Shown here: positions 25,560-41,434 of the stretch, in pieces
How positions within the stretch are numbered: position 1 is the stretch's first letter
Layout of the letters: the number at the start of each line of letters is the position of its first letter
DNA from: the human T2T-CHM13v2.0 reference genome, Homo sapiens
Assembly (NCBI RefSeq): GCF_009914755.1
Contig: NC_060925.1
Strand: one strand, 5' to 3'
DNA: 64,000 bases
Position numbers and translations under genes: made by a program
Notes under the pieces: model-generated
What the model was told of the DNA's origin: nothing
Database searches by the model: none
The model's input: the letters and a program-made list of their open reading frames with translations, nothing else

Positions 25560-26444
25560 TTATCCTTGGCCCCTTTTACAAGTGAGGACACCATGGCCCA
25601 GAGGAGTTTAGGATGGGCCCCAGGTCATGTAGCTGGAGAGTGGCAGAGCCAAGGTGTGAATCCCGCACCTGGCTCTGGAGCCCTGTTCTCAGCCACCGTG
25701 CTGGGCAGCCCACACCTGGCATCCTCTCTGTTAGGAGCAGGGGCCTGCCCCCACGCCCTCTCTGACATTGCTATTCTTGCTAAAATGAAGAGACAGAGCT
25801 GAGGGGAGAGCTAAAAAGAATGAATCTGGACTGGCATCAGAAACATGCTGCTTCCCACCAGCGAGTTTTGTGCTTCACTCTTGGGCCCAGGGCCTGCAGG
25901 GTGTGCTGTGACCTCATCTGAAGAAGCACCCACACGGGCAGGCCCTGAGGGGCTGCAGCAGAGCCACCTCGATGCCTCTCGAGCCCCACCCGGCCCTACT
26001 TATGCCTTCCATCTGCACCAACACCGATGAGAAGCTTGCACCTCCCCAGTCTTCCCTGGTTTTGCTCGTAGCTGGCTGGCTGGATCCCTGCATGGATTGC
26101 CCTTGGACAACCCTTTGTGCCGGATGACCTGGCCGCCGTGTATTGAGAGCGCACACAGACCAGGCGCTGTGCCTGTGGTGTTCCCCCAATGCATCCGCAT
26201 GGCAGCCCCACTTTACACAGGCGGAAACTGAGGCTGGTTAGGGGAGTGCTCAGCTGCAGGACCTCGTGGCCAGACCCCAGGCAGGTCAGCCTCCAAAGCC
26301 CCAGCTCTTCCCCACCCCACCGCCCAACTTCTTGCTGGTTTCAGGGGAGGAGCCCGCTGTGCCAGGCCCTCATCTCGTGGTGGTACCCAGAGCCCATGCT
26401 GTCTCCCCAGGAGGGCACTGCTCAGCCGCCCTCTCTTTCTGCAG

Positions 26445-26567
26445 GCCAGAAGCACTTGTGTGTCACCAGCCTCCTGATCTGCCAGGGTCTGCTCTGGGTG
26501 GGCACTGACCAGGGTGTCATCGTCCTGCTGCCCGTGCCTCGGCTGGAAGGCATCCCCAAGATCACAG
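26445..26567 (+). CDS. ARHGEF10L: ARHGEF10L penultimate exon (123 nt; [41 protein letters not shown])
   Basis: Acceptor ctctctttctgcag| and donor ACAG|gtgagg; phase 1-1; LWVGT..GV motif typical of the family. Confidence 0.95.
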
Positions 26568-27176
26568 GTGAGGCTTTGGGAGCTGGTGTTGGCAGGACCA
26601 GGGGGTCAGCTGCAGGTGGCCAGTGGGGCTTGGCGGGGAGGGTGTATTATGCCCTCATCGGTATAGGGATGGGGTTCCAGTCTCCAGCTTCCTCTCATCT
26701 CAGGTGGCATGGTGGCCAGTAGAACTGAATCGTCCTGGCCCCAGTCTCCCACCTTTCTGAGTGTCAGTTTCCTAATCTGGCAGATGGACACAAGAGTGGC
26801 TTGGGGCCTGGCTGAGACACCTGCCTAATGGCAGGGGCTCCACTGGCCCTTTCTGCTTCTTCCCATAGCAGTTTCAAGATGTCCAGGCTCCAGAGAAAGA
26901 AATAACTGAGTGCTTCTGGGGCCAGGCCCGGCCTGCTCGTGGGGTCCATGTGCAAATGAATGTGTTCACATAGATCAGAGGAAGGTCTGCTCTGATCTGC
27001 ACTACTGGGCCCAGGACAACAAGGGCAGGATCAGAGAAGACCCCCACACTTGGATGCCTGGAGCTCCGGGTCCCCCTCTGCCACCACCCTGAGAATGATG
27101 ACTGTGGTCTTTTCCAGCAAGGGAGCAGGGCCAATAGGAAGCCCTGGGGGTGGGCTGGCTCCCTGCGCAGACCTCA

Positions 27177-27558
<382 letters not shown>

Positions 27559-28033
27559 TCATCAAATAGGGCATTTTGTCCATCCAGGGGGCATTTGTGG
27601 AGGGTCTATTTCCAGGTAGAATCCTGGGATGCAGGGATGAAATCGGGCAGAGACCCTGCTCTCAACAAGCTGATGGTCTCCTGGGGGTCATCATAGCTCG
27701 GGTGACAGGTGCTGGGATGAGGGTGCTCCAGGGGCTGGGGACACAGAGACTGGGGCGAGCAGCTCCCCATGCATGAATTCAGGAGGGATTCACAGTGAGG
27801 AGTGTGAGCTGGGCCTTGCTGAAAGAGTTGCAGAATCAAGTAGACAGGAAAGGATTTCTAGGCAGAGGAGCTGCTTGGCAAAGGCTCAGGAAATTCTTGG
27901 AATTTCACGCTGAGGCTCCCCCGTGTGGTGTATAAGGTGGTTTCTGTTCCGCTCCCCTGAGGAAGTTGTGCAGGAGCACGGGATAGCCAGAGCCTGTGGC
28001 CTTCGGGGGAGGTGCCAACATAGACAGAAGTGA

Positions 28034-28672
<639 letters not shown>

Positions 28673-29160
28673 CACCTCCCCTCTCCCCTCAGAGGGCACA
28701 GCTGCAGGCCTGACCAAGGCCACGCCCGGCTCTCGTGCTCTAGGACCTGCACGGGACTTGTGGATGGGCCTGGACTCTCCAGAAACTACTTGGGCCAGAG
28801 CAAAGGAAAACCTCTTGTTTTAAAAAAATTTTTTTCAGAGTGTTTTGGGGAGGAGTTTTAGGGCTTGGGGAGAGGGAGGACACATCTGGAGGAAATGGCC
28901 TTCTTTTTAAAAGCAAAAAACACAAAACCTCACAACTGCCTGGCAAGCCCAGTATCACTTGTTTGGGCCCTAGCGGGACTCCAAGGCAGCCACACGCCCC
29001 TCCTGGAAGGGTGTGTGCGTGTGAGTGTGTGCGAGTGTGTGGGCTGGTGTGTGAATATCTATAAATAAGTATATATGGTGTATATTATATGTGTATAAAT
29101 AAAGTCTGTACATATTGGAGCTCTGGGAGATGCTGGAATAAAAGACAAGAGTTACATCTG
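28673..29160 (+). other. ARHGEF10L: ARHGEF10L 3'UTR (end approximate)
   Basis: Runs from the stop codon to the poly(A) signals; GT/AT-rich distal part. Confidence 0.85.
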
Positions 29161-29191
29161 GACTTGGATTGAGGTTTTGTTGTGGTTTTTT
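29098..29191 (+). terminator. Tandem polyadenylation signals with downstream GU/U-rich element
   Basis: AATAAA at 29098-29103 and 29137-29142, nearby TGTA motifs, downstream ggttttgttgtggtttttt. Confidence 0.88.
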
Positions 29192-29304
29192 AAAGCATGA
29201 TGGGAAAGAGATAGAGAGAGCAGCTATTGGTAGAGAGGGTTTATTCGGGACCCAGGAGCCACTCTTAGGCTTGGTGGGAGGGTGGAGCTGCTACGGGAAT
29301 CAGC

Positions 29305-29490
29305 TCTAGAACTTCACAGTCCAATCTGGTCACCATTAGCCACAGGTGGCTAATTAATTTTCAAATTAATGAAAAATCAAACATTCAATCTCTCAGTCAC
29401 CGTAGCCACATTTCAGATGTGGCTTGAGTGGTGAGTGGTGAAGGATGAGACGGCACAGATATGACCATTTCTACTATAGAAGAAAGCTCA
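29305..29490. mobile_element. MER3-like element
   Basis: gtccaat..ccattagccacaggtggcta...ctcagtcaccgtagccacatttca. Confidence 0.6.
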
Positions 29491-31494
29491 CTTCTGCTCC
29501 AGAAGGGGCTCTGGGAGCTTCTTTTGTGAATATGTTTTGGAAAAAAGACTGGTTCACCCCAGGTCTGGAGTAGGGGGGCAGAAGGCCTTGGTGTCTAACA
29601 GTGCAAGCCAGAAGCGAGGGGAAGATGAGGGGCTTCTCTGCAGGCTGGCAGCCATGTCCCAGGACTTGGGGTCACAGGGAGGACAGGGTGGGCTTCAGGT
29701 GAGGTCCATCAGCTGCAGGAGCAGAGCCCAGGCTGCAGGTGGGATGGGCGGGTGGGGCTGCCTCTGGCCCTGGCTCCTCTCTTCTGTCGCAGTTCGTCCT
29801 CAGATTTCTAGAGCTGCTTGCAGGAAAGAAAATCAAAACCAAAAGCCGCCACCCAAAAGGGAAGTGTTTCCTCCATCTCTCCACCCTCTACCTCTCTGTC
29901 ATCTGTCTACCCACCACCCACCGGTACTTGCATTGAGATCTTTCCACTGAAGTTCTGGGAACCCAGTGGAAAAGCCACCAAGGAGTGGACATTCCAGCCG
30001 GGTTCTAACCTCATGATAGGTTCTCGCCCACTAGAGAAGTCATTCATTCATTCGTTTTGCAAACCCCTTGAGTTCCTGCTATTTGCTGGGCACTGGGCTA
30101 TGTGGACAAGACTGCAGCCGTCCATGCCCACAGGAAGTGCATGTTGTAGCGGGGAAGGCAAGCATAAACACCAGCGAGCGAAGGCTTGGGGAGATCGAGG
30201 GTGCTGCGGAGGAGGAAGGGGGATAGAGGAGCAGCCCGTGCTCAGGTGGAGGGTGGACAGAGGTTGGCTATTCCCAGAGGGAGGTAGCCAGTGTGGGTCC
30301 CCAGGAAGGGGAGAAAGGAAGCTGGTCCAGAGGAACCAGTACACCTGAAGGTCTGGCTCCTACACTGACTACGGCTCAGACATGTCCACCTCCTTTGGGC
30401 CTCAGGGTCCCATTTTGTATCAAAAGACCCATCACTGCCCTGTCCACCTCTCTTGGAAGAGAATAAAGTACGCTAGTTCCATTTTTATTGCACAAGTGGG
30501 TTATTGAATAAATACTCTCTCTGGATGGGACTCCCAGGGGGTGTGTTTATCTCATCAATCAAATGTCAACCAAGACTTCCTGAGACAGAGACCAGTGAGT
30601 CGAGGCTGCCTGGGACAAGGAGTAAGCCTGGACTCTAGGGTCTGGCAGGCCTGTGATCAAGTCCAGCACCACCAAAACGCGTCTGTGTGGCTCCCAGCAC
30701 GTCCCTCCGTGGCTCCCAGCACGTCCCTCCATTTCCATATCTCTAGAACAGAGGGGATGATGTGTCACAGAGTTCAAGGTACCAGAACCACAGAAAGCGT
30801 CTGGAACAGCCCTCCGGTGGCATTTTTGGTGATGGTTCCTTATATCCTCGCTCCAAACGATTTGAGGCCAGTGGTTCTTACTGAGGAGTCTCCTCTGGTG
30901 CTGGAGCTGGCATCTGGGATCTCCGTGGGCCTGTTAGATCCTAGACCTACAGATCGCTCAGCTAAAAGGGACCTGGGAGATCGAATGGAGCCCGTTAAAT
31001 CACGTCACGGAGAAAACGACTGACTTTGCTACTTCAGTGAAATTATCACATCAGTCACCAGCTCATCTCCCGTGCCTCCGACAACAGAGCGAGGGAGGGT
31101 CGGGGGCGCCGCGAATGGCTCCCGAGACCCACTGAGGACGTGCATCGCATGTGAGTGGAGGCCTGGCCTTAGATATTGATAAGAGTAATAATACCCAGAG
31201 CGCTCCGGGTGCCTGAGCTCCTTTCGTCGATACAACTGCTCTCTGAGGCTGCTTTTGTTTGCCTCGTTTTGTAGGTGAGGGGTCTGAGGCTCAGGGATCT
31301 AAGCAACCTGCCTAGGAAGCCTCAGAGCCTAAAAGTCAGGCCCGGGACTGTGGTCTGTCTGCCACCAAGACGGCTCTTAACTACCAGACTACTTGCCCCC
31401 CAGAGCAAAACTCTGGAGACAAACAGAGCAGAGTTGCCTTAACAGGCAAGTGCCTTAATCTGTGTCTCAGGGAGACCCTGCCATGGGAACGGAC

Positions 31495-32700
31495 CATCAT
31501 TCATTCAGTATTCATTGAATGCCGATTACGTGCCTGGACCCGTTTTCAAGTAGACACTGGGTAGGGCGTAGTGAAAAAGACAAATCCCAGGCACACCTCG
31601 TTGTCCATTCTACTGGCAGGGTCAGGAGGGAACAGACCGGGAGAAAAATATGTCAGATGATATTTGTGCTCTGGAGAAGGGGGATGGGAAGGGCTGGGGA
31701 GGGGGCTCATGATGTCAAAGAGGGTGGTCAAGAGGCCTCACTGAGGAGATGACGTCCGAGCTAAGACCTGAAGGTGGAGCAGACATCGGGTGGTAGAACA
31801 TTTCGGGCTGAGGGCAAGTGCAGGAGCAAAGTGTGGGGGCAGGAGTGTGGCTGGAGCAGGTGCGGGCGGGGGAGGGGAGGCAGTGGGCAGTGGGAAATCA
31901 CTGGAGGGTTTCGAGCAGAAGAATGACACTGTCTGTCTGATGTTTTCAAACAATCACGTTTGGCTGCTAAATTAAGAATAATCCATGGAGAGGGGGACAG
32001 CAGTGTGGGAGCCAGGAGTCCCCTTGTTGAGAGCTGTTGCAGTCAGCCAGGTTTGCAAGGTGGGGGGCAGCAATAGAGAGCGGTCAGCTTCCGGGTGGAT
32101 TCTGATGTCCCAGAGCCCACTGGGTTTGCAGATAGATGGGCTGGGAAGGAAAGAGAGGAGTCAAGCATGCCCCTGAGGTCTGGCCTGGCGACTGGAAGGT
32201 CAGAGCTGCCAGCTTCCCTGGCAGGGTGGCTGTGAGGGGCAGCTTTTCCACAGGAAGAGCGGGAATGGGGTTTGGATCGGCTACATTTAAGTTGCTTTTG
32301 AGCATCCGAGCAGAGACGTAGGGAGGACAGTTGACTGTGTGAATTTGGCGTCAGCAGAGAGGTCCATGCCAGGGGTGCCTGAGCCTGGATGCAGCCTCCA
32401 AGGGAGCAGAGTAGACGGAGGAGGTGTGAGGACAGAGTCCAGGGAAGGCCAGTGTCGGGAGGTCCAGGAGCTGATCAGGAAGCACGGGGGAGGCTGAGAT
32501 GCCCGGATGAAGGTGGAAGAACGGAAGGGCAGGGTGAGGGTTGGAAGGGGAGGGGGTGATCTGTGCTGAATGCTGCTGAGGTTAAGGAGGAGCCTGAGGC
32601 CTACCTTGGATTTAGCCACACGGAGGCCTTCTGTGCCCTTACGAGAGGTATGTGGGCAGAAGTGGTGGCGGGGAAGCCTGAGGATGCGGAGGGAGGGTCT
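31495..32700. mobile_element. Long degraded L2 fragment
   Basis: cattcattca..tattcattgaatgcc, ggtggtcaagaggcctcactgaggagatgac, ggagggtttcgagcag; boundaries approximate. Confidence 0.6.
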
Positions 32701-33344
32701 GGGAGAGGAGCATGTGAGCAGCGGGGTCCTGGGTGGTTCTCAGGCCCCAGTGATTCGGTGGAGGGAAGGAGGGGCCGTGACAGATGCCCCAGCCATGCAA
32801 GCCACAGCTCAGAGGGCCCAGAGTTTATCAGTCATGGGCCTTCATCCCCTTGCCCTTGCCCAAGGGGGAGAATCACTTTCTCTACCCCTGGTGAGCAGGC
32901 CGAGGCTGCAGACAAGCCCAGTTATCAGGAGGCAGCTGTGAGCCAGGCCGGTCTCCCAGCAGGAATCCTGAGCAGCGGCTGATTGAGAATCTCCGGCTGG
33001 TGACAGGTTGCCCCAACCCCACCCCGTGGGGAGCCCAGCCTGCCATGCTGGGTTACTGCCAAAGGCCTCTGTTCCTGTCTCTGTGCTCAGGCCTGGGGAG
33101 GTCAAGGCCTGACATCCCCATCCCTCAGATGGAGGTGGGGGTTGTTCTCTGGGCACTTCTGGCCCCGAGACATGGACTCCAAAGGTGGGAGGGAAGCAGA
33201 GGCTGTCCTCATCCAGCATCTGAGCAGTCCCCTTCCTTGGAGCCTGACTGCCTGTGGTGGGGGGCACAGAAATGGCCCTCTCACTTTGTTCCGATGACTG
33301 ACCTTACTGTAGTTTGGACACCCCATAGCAGAAAACTCTAATTC

Positions 33345-33646
<302 letters not shown>

Positions 33647-34815
33647 TAAAGGTGACATAGTCATTTCTGGAGCTTAAGCTGCTTCTTGGGGCTAACACAG
33701 TCTATTTGGGGTGAACTGACAGTCTTTTAGGCCTATCTCCTTCCCTTTCCTTCCCTTCTGTCCCCCGCCTGGCATATGAACCCGGGGGACACTAATAGGA
33801 TGCAGTGGTAATAACTAGGGTGCAGGTGTCTGCACAGTGGCAGAGGCATTGGAGATGTCCCTACTCTCTATTCTGGCTTCTTTTGGTCTCCATGCCCTTA
33901 GGTCCCCTGCCATGGTGGTCAGGCTGGCATCCTTGGTGTCAGGCTGGCATCATCAGTGCTGCCTGTCTCTGGTCTTGGGCACCTCACCTTCTGTACCCCC
34001 CAACCCTATCTCAGTCCCCCTTAACCTTTCCACACCCCCACCAGCCTCCACCCCCAGGACACTCACAGACCTGTGTACCCCAGACCCCTCCTCTGCCCTG
34101 CTATCCCCACCCTGGGGGACATGTCGGGGATCAGACCCCTGCCCGTGGGCTCTCGTGCTCCCTTCAACCTTTCTGATTGACTCCTAGAGGCCAGGTGAGT
34201 CCAACCTCAGGCAGGTCCCTCCAGTCCATCCCGTTGCCGACTTGCTGCTTACAAAGGGATTTCCTAACGAGAAAGCTGCCCTTCGGCCTGTAGGAGCTGT
34301 GTGCTCAGGCGCTGAGCTCTGTTCTTGCTTTGTAAAAGGAAGCAGAGCCTGAGACAAGGATTTTGATTCAGGTCGTTTATTTGGGAGGGGAGACCAGGGA
34401 ACCCCGATGGGGGCATAAAATGGGGAAGAGAAGGCAGCCAGTGCCGGGGGAGGTATTGAACATGTTACTAAGTGGGTACCTCGGGCTCAAGTCTGCTGAG
34501 GGGCTCTGGGAGACGGTGCAGAGCTTTCTCCTCCGACCCCCACCAGCTGGGTGCCTGGCTGAGCTGCCCCTGGAGGCGTGAGTCCCTGTCAGTTCTGTCT
34601 GCTTCCTTGTTAGCCAGAGAGGGGACTAAGGTGGAGAGAGCCGGCAGGCTTGCCTGTGCGCTATAGCAAGTGCCCATAGCAAGCTGTGGCTTTTATCATT
34701 GAAAATTTTTTCCATCCCAACAAAGCCAGACTTTCAAGAGGACAGTCTTGCTGTGGACACAAAGATGTGGAATTTGGAACTCAAAGCTGGTTGTTTGTTC
34801 TAGGTTATATCCCCC

Positions 34816-35490
<675 letters not shown>

Positions 35491-35582
35491 CTCTTCCTAC
35501 CCCCCACCGCACAACATGTAATAAATGGCACCGACTCAGTGAGGTGGAGGTGGGGAAACATCAACTCATCAAGATTTCTAAG

Positions 35583-36243
35583 TGATACGGTTAGGCTTTG
35601 TGTCCTCACCCAAATCTTATCTTGAGTTGTAATCCCAAGTGTTTAGGGAGAGACCTGGTGGGAAGTGATTGGATTATGGGGGCAGTTTGCCCCATGCTGT
35701 TCTCGTGATAGTGAGTTCTCATGAGATCTGATGGTTCTCGAGATCAGCTTTCCCTGCCCTTTTTTTTTTTTTTTTTTTGAGACGGAGTTTCTCTCTGTTG
35801 CCCAGGCTGGAGTGCAGTGGTGTGATCTCGGCTTACTGCAGGCTCTGCCTCCAGGGTTCATGCCATTCTCTTGCCTCAGCTTCCTGAGTAGCTGGGACCA
35901 CAGGTGCCCACCACCACGCCCGGCTAATTTTTTTGTATTTTTAGTAGAGACGGGGTTTCACCGTGTTAGCCAGGATGGTCTCGATCTCCTGACCTTGTGA
36001 CCTACACGCCTCAGCCTCCCAAAGTGCTGGGATTACAGGCATGAGCCACCGCGCCCGGCCCCCCTGCTCTCAGATGCTCCCTACTGCCTTGGAAGAAGGC
36101 GTCTGCTTCCCCTTCCACCATGATTGTAAGTTTCCTGAGGCCTCCCCAGCCATGGGGAATTGTAAGTCAATCAAACCTCCTTTATTTATAAATTACCCAG
36201 TCTCAGGAATTTCTTTATAGCACTGTGAGAAAGGACTCATACA
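35583..36243 (+). mobile_element. MST (MSTA/B)-like MaLR solo LTR interrupted by AluY
   Basis: TG..CA ends: tgatacggttaggctttgtgtcc...tgtaagtttcctgaggcctccccagcc...ggactcataca. Confidence 0.85.
35760..36060 (-). mobile_element. AluY-like SINE
   Basis: Diagnostic gccattctc and ccgtgttagccaggatggtctcgatc; TSD CCCTGC(C/T)CT. Confidence 0.95.
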
Positions 36244-37214
36244 ATAAAGGATAAAAATAAACTTCAGGCTATGTCTCCACCAAATCACCCCCACTACACA
36301 ACTAAGCACCTTTGCTGTACCTGACATTAGGCTAGAGGTACTGAGGATGTAAGAGTGTCCCTGTCCTCTCTGAACATGTAGTCCAATAGGCAGGATGCTG
36401 GCGCCAAGGAGAGTCAACCAAGGAAGGCTTCCTGGAGGCAGGGAGGTGTGGCACAGCAGATGTAGGTGTTGGAGCAGATTTGAGTTTGGATCTTGGCTCT
36501 GTTACATATTGACTGTGTGGCCTTAGACGAGTGCTACCTCCTGGGCTTCTGTGTCCTCAGCTGAACAAATGGGCTTTTGAGGGCTTCCTTAAGGGGTAGC
36601 TGTGAGCACCTAGGGGGCCTCAGGTGTGAGCGGTTTGTAGTGTGTCTCCAGGCCCTGCCGCTGCTTCTACAAGCATTATCTCTGGGAATCCTCAAAATTA
36701 ACCAGAAAGGGAGACAGATGAAATGAAGCCTCGGTGGATGCAGTGGCCTGCAGGAGTGCTCACAGGCTTGGGGGTGAGGGAAGGAGGACTGAGGGAGGCC
36801 CTGGGGAGGGCTGGGGCTGGGGCTGGGCCATGAGCTGGGGCTGGGGCTAGAGCTGGGGCTGGGGGAGGGAGGACTGAAGAGGTCCTGGGGAGATCTGGTC
36901 CTGGGAGGGCTGAGGCTGGGGCTTGAGGCTGTGTTTCAGTCCAAGCTGGTGTGATCTGTTTCTAAACCTGGGCTCAGGAGGAGACCCCAGCCATCACTCC
37001 CTGGGGCCAGAGCCATGTCAGGCTCCTGGCCACAGGTCTGTTGCCCTTTCAGAGTGGAACTGGCCCTCCTGCCACCAATTTGTTCTGTGTGGCCCCCCAG
37101 CTGGCTCCAGCCCTGTGAAAGCCCAGGATACACACACAGCCCAGGAGCTTCCCTGTGGTTCCCTGGGGGTAATGGAGCCTCTGAAGCATGCCTTCTGAAG
37201 GGCCCAGTGCCTGC

Positions 37215-37464
37215 TTTTTTTTTTTTTTTTTTTTTTGAGACAGTGTCTTGCTGTGTTGCTCAAGCCCAAAAGATCCTCCTGCCTCAGCCTCCTGAGTAGC
37301 TGGGACCACAGGCACATGCCACCATGCCTGGCTAGTTTTTCCAATCTTTTGTTGAGACGGGATCTCGCCATGTTGGTCAGGCCAATCTTGAACTCCTGGG
37401 CTCAAGCAATCTGCCACCTCAGCCTCCCACCATGCTGGGATTACATGAGCCACCGCTTCCAGCC
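37215..37464 (-). mobile_element. AluJ-like SINE with internal deletion
   Basis: Degenerate Alu; TSD CA(G/A)TGCCTGCTTT. Confidence 0.9.
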
Positions 37465-38781
37465 TCAATGCCTGCTTTCTTTAGACTCCAAAGCACGAGC
37501 CTGTGTGTTCATGCAGGAGGCCATGGGGTGGTGGGGTGGTCGCAGGAGGATGAGGTCTGAACTTTAGTCTTCACAGTCCTACCGCTCTGATGGGTGATAC
37601 TGAGCCACTGACCCGGGATGTTCCCCACCTGCTGGGGGAGATGGCCTTGTTCTTAGGGAGCTCCCAGGCTGCTGGAGGACGCATAGCTCCTATCACCGGG
37701 TTTGATGGGGAAGCCAAAAGTCTGCTAGGGAGCCCTGACCCTGCTCTCCCATGGGGGAAGATCTAATTTCTGCCCAGGGGGAGACTCTAAGCTGCTGGGG
37801 GAGATATTTCCCTGTCCTCAGAGGATGCTCCAATCCGATCCCCGGGCTGAAGTGGAAGATAAACCCGTGCCCTTGGTGAGCTCCCAGTCTGAATGGGAGA
37901 CAGGTCGCCCAACCGTGAAAGAGACCCAATAATAAGACACGCAGCAGACACTTTTTAACAATGCAGACCTAATTACGGCATTGCCAACCACTCTAAACTC
38001 CTCATTTACACATTCCTGGGGAAATGGCAAGTAGCAAGAATGTGTAAATTGAGGAAAATTAATATAATTACCCGAGCTATTTCTTGTCAACTCTTAATCT
38101 CCACAGAAACCACAAAACCTTTCCTGGTGAGTGGCGGTCATTCTGGGCTCTCCGCCTGAGGCAGGGAACTGAGGCTCCCCCTCTGCATCGTGGGCCCTTC
38201 CAGGTGCCGGGCTTGTAGGTTCCAGAGGGTCCTGGATTTGGGAGACCTGGGTTTGAGTTCTGGCTCTGTCACCGGTTTGCTGGGTGATCCTCTGTGAGTC
38301 CAATCCTGTCCAGATGTGCTGCACTCTCGCTGGGTTCCGGTACTGGGATGCGTGCATTCCACCTTCCATGACAGGAGTCTTCACAACCACGCCCAGGGGG
38401 AGGTGCTATTATTGTCCCCACCTTACAGAGGAAACGGAGGTCAGGGAGGTGAAGTCACTTGCCCGGGGTCACACAGAACAGAAGCGGACCCAGGGCTATG
38501 GACTCAATACCATAGCTTTAACCGTGCCCCGACTGCTGCCCCTATCCTCAGTCAGAAAACAAAGCCTGTTTCCCAGCAACCCCCAACCCTCCAACACTTT
38601 GCTGTGTGAGGACCTTGTGTGAGAACAGGTGACGTGTCAATACAAGCTGCAGAATGCTTGCAAACCCTGGGCCTCAGTTTCCTCTTCCAGAACATGGGGC
38701 TTTTCACAGCATTCACTGCAGGGGCTGTTTCAAGGATGAAATGAATTGACTCATGTAAAATACTCAGCTCCCGGCCTCTAG

Positions 38782-39204
<423 letters not shown>

Positions 39205-39622
39205 CAGCCCTTAGCACCTTCTTAAGAGTGGCACAGTCCCCCTTAAGCTTGCTGGAAAGCCCCGCTGTCTGTGTAGAAACTTCTTTCCATTCTGCTGGCT
39301 TAGGGCATACAAACACTGATGCCACTCACGAAGCATTTTTAGAAAACAAGGACAAACTGTAGTAGGCAGTGTACTGTCAAATACATATCCCATCATGGCC
39401 CATACAGTGGTCTAGAGAGTGGGTGGTGCGAATTTGCAGAAAACCCAGTTGGCTTTGGGTAAGTGCTACCTATTCATTCAGCAAATGTCTACTGCTGGCC
39501 ACTGTGTGCCGGGCTCTGGGCTGGGCTCTGGCACCTGGGCAGTGGAGGACAGACACAGCCCTACCCTCCTGGATCTGAGCCTCTAGCTTCATAGGTGAGA
39601 CAGGCTTGAAAAGAAAAAGTTT

Positions 39623-39972
39623 GGTTGGGCACAGTGGCTCACACTTGTAATCCCAGCACTTTGGGAGGCCGAGGTGGGAGGACTGCTTGAGCCCAGGAGT
39701 TTGAGACCAGCCTGGCCAACACAGGGAGACCGTTGTCTCTATACAAAATGAAAAAGTTAGCTGGGGGTGGTGGCACATGCCTGTGGTGCAGCTACTCGGA
39801 CGCTGAGATTGGAGGATCACCTGGGCCCAGGAGGTTAAGACTGCAGTGAGTTGTGATGGTGCCACTGCACTCCAGTCTGGGAGACAAAGTGAAATCCTGT
39901 CTCAAAACAAACAAACAAACAAATAAAAAAAAACAAAGAAAGAAAGAAAGAAAAAAAATAATGAAAAAAAAA
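39623..39972 (+). mobile_element. AluJ-like SINE with A-rich microsatellite tail
   Basis: gggaggactgcttgagcccaggag diagnostic. Confidence 0.95.
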
Positions 39973-40085
39973 GAGTTCAGGGAAGAGAATGCTGGTGGCT
40001 TTGGGGCCTCACAGATGTGGAGTCTCCCACTTGGCTCCACTCCTGGGGCTCTACCCTCTACTGGCCTCAGTTTCCCCCTCTGTAA

Positions 40086-40487
<402 letters not shown>

Positions 40488-41434
40488 GAACAGCAACTAT
40501 TTTTAATGGTAATAACATTAATGGTGGGCCTGACCTGTTGTGAGTGTATGGTTGTGTGTGGGTGGGGCTGGTATGATGGGACTGAGCCTGGGGCTGGGGA
40601 CCATCCTCTGCGAGGACCCCATCTGGAAGGTGGAGAGATCCAGGTGCTCAGCTGCAGGGGAATTGGGCACCATTGTGAGGCTGGACTCTGTTCTCAAACC
40701 CAGGGCTGGGGGCTTGTGGCTTCAGGAACTGGGCTGTCAGGGGAGTGCTGTGACCCAGGGTGGCCAGGGATCCCTCAGCTCCCTTCCAGAAGGTGTTGTG
40801 AGTTCTTTCTGGTCTGAACCTAACTCTAAGGAGGAGATACAGTCTTCTTCTCCTGTTATTTATGCTAAATTGGATGACCAGGCATTTTTTCTTTGGCAAA
40901 TCCAGGGCCGTGCATTTATTTCATTTATTTATCTTTTGTTGTTTTGCTTCATTTTTCCTTTCTGAGGCCATGCATTTATAGACTGTTTTGCATACACCAG
41001 AGGGCCTATTTACATCCTATTTGCATGTTTCTCTGGGTGTGAGGTTCAAGAGGCCCAAACTCAAAGTGTGTAAAACAAAATAAGTGTGTTAAGTCTACCC
41101 TTCTTAGCTGGCCTGAACTGCACAGGCAGGGATGGAGGAGCTCAGAGGGGTGGGTGGTCCCCAAAGGATGGTTAGAGCAGGGAGGGACCCCGGGGTCAGC
41201 TCTTTCCTGTGTAACTCTGGACCAGGGGGAAAGGGGAGCTTTGGGCAGCTGGGTGCAAAGGAGCTAAAGAAGCTGAGATGAAACCACAGCACAGGGCATC
41301 CTCAGCTGCCCAGCACAGACCTCAGAACTGCAGACAGGTGTAGACGGGGTATGGTGGCACCTGTTCTAATAGGCCCTGGTTGTTCAGCACCTACTATGTG
41401 CCAGGCACTGCACCAGAGTCTTCAGGAATGTTAG

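Noticed and set aside
26163-26185. REST/RE1-like GGCGCTGT...GTGGTG
   Set aside because: Wrong spacing and missing GCTGAA half-site
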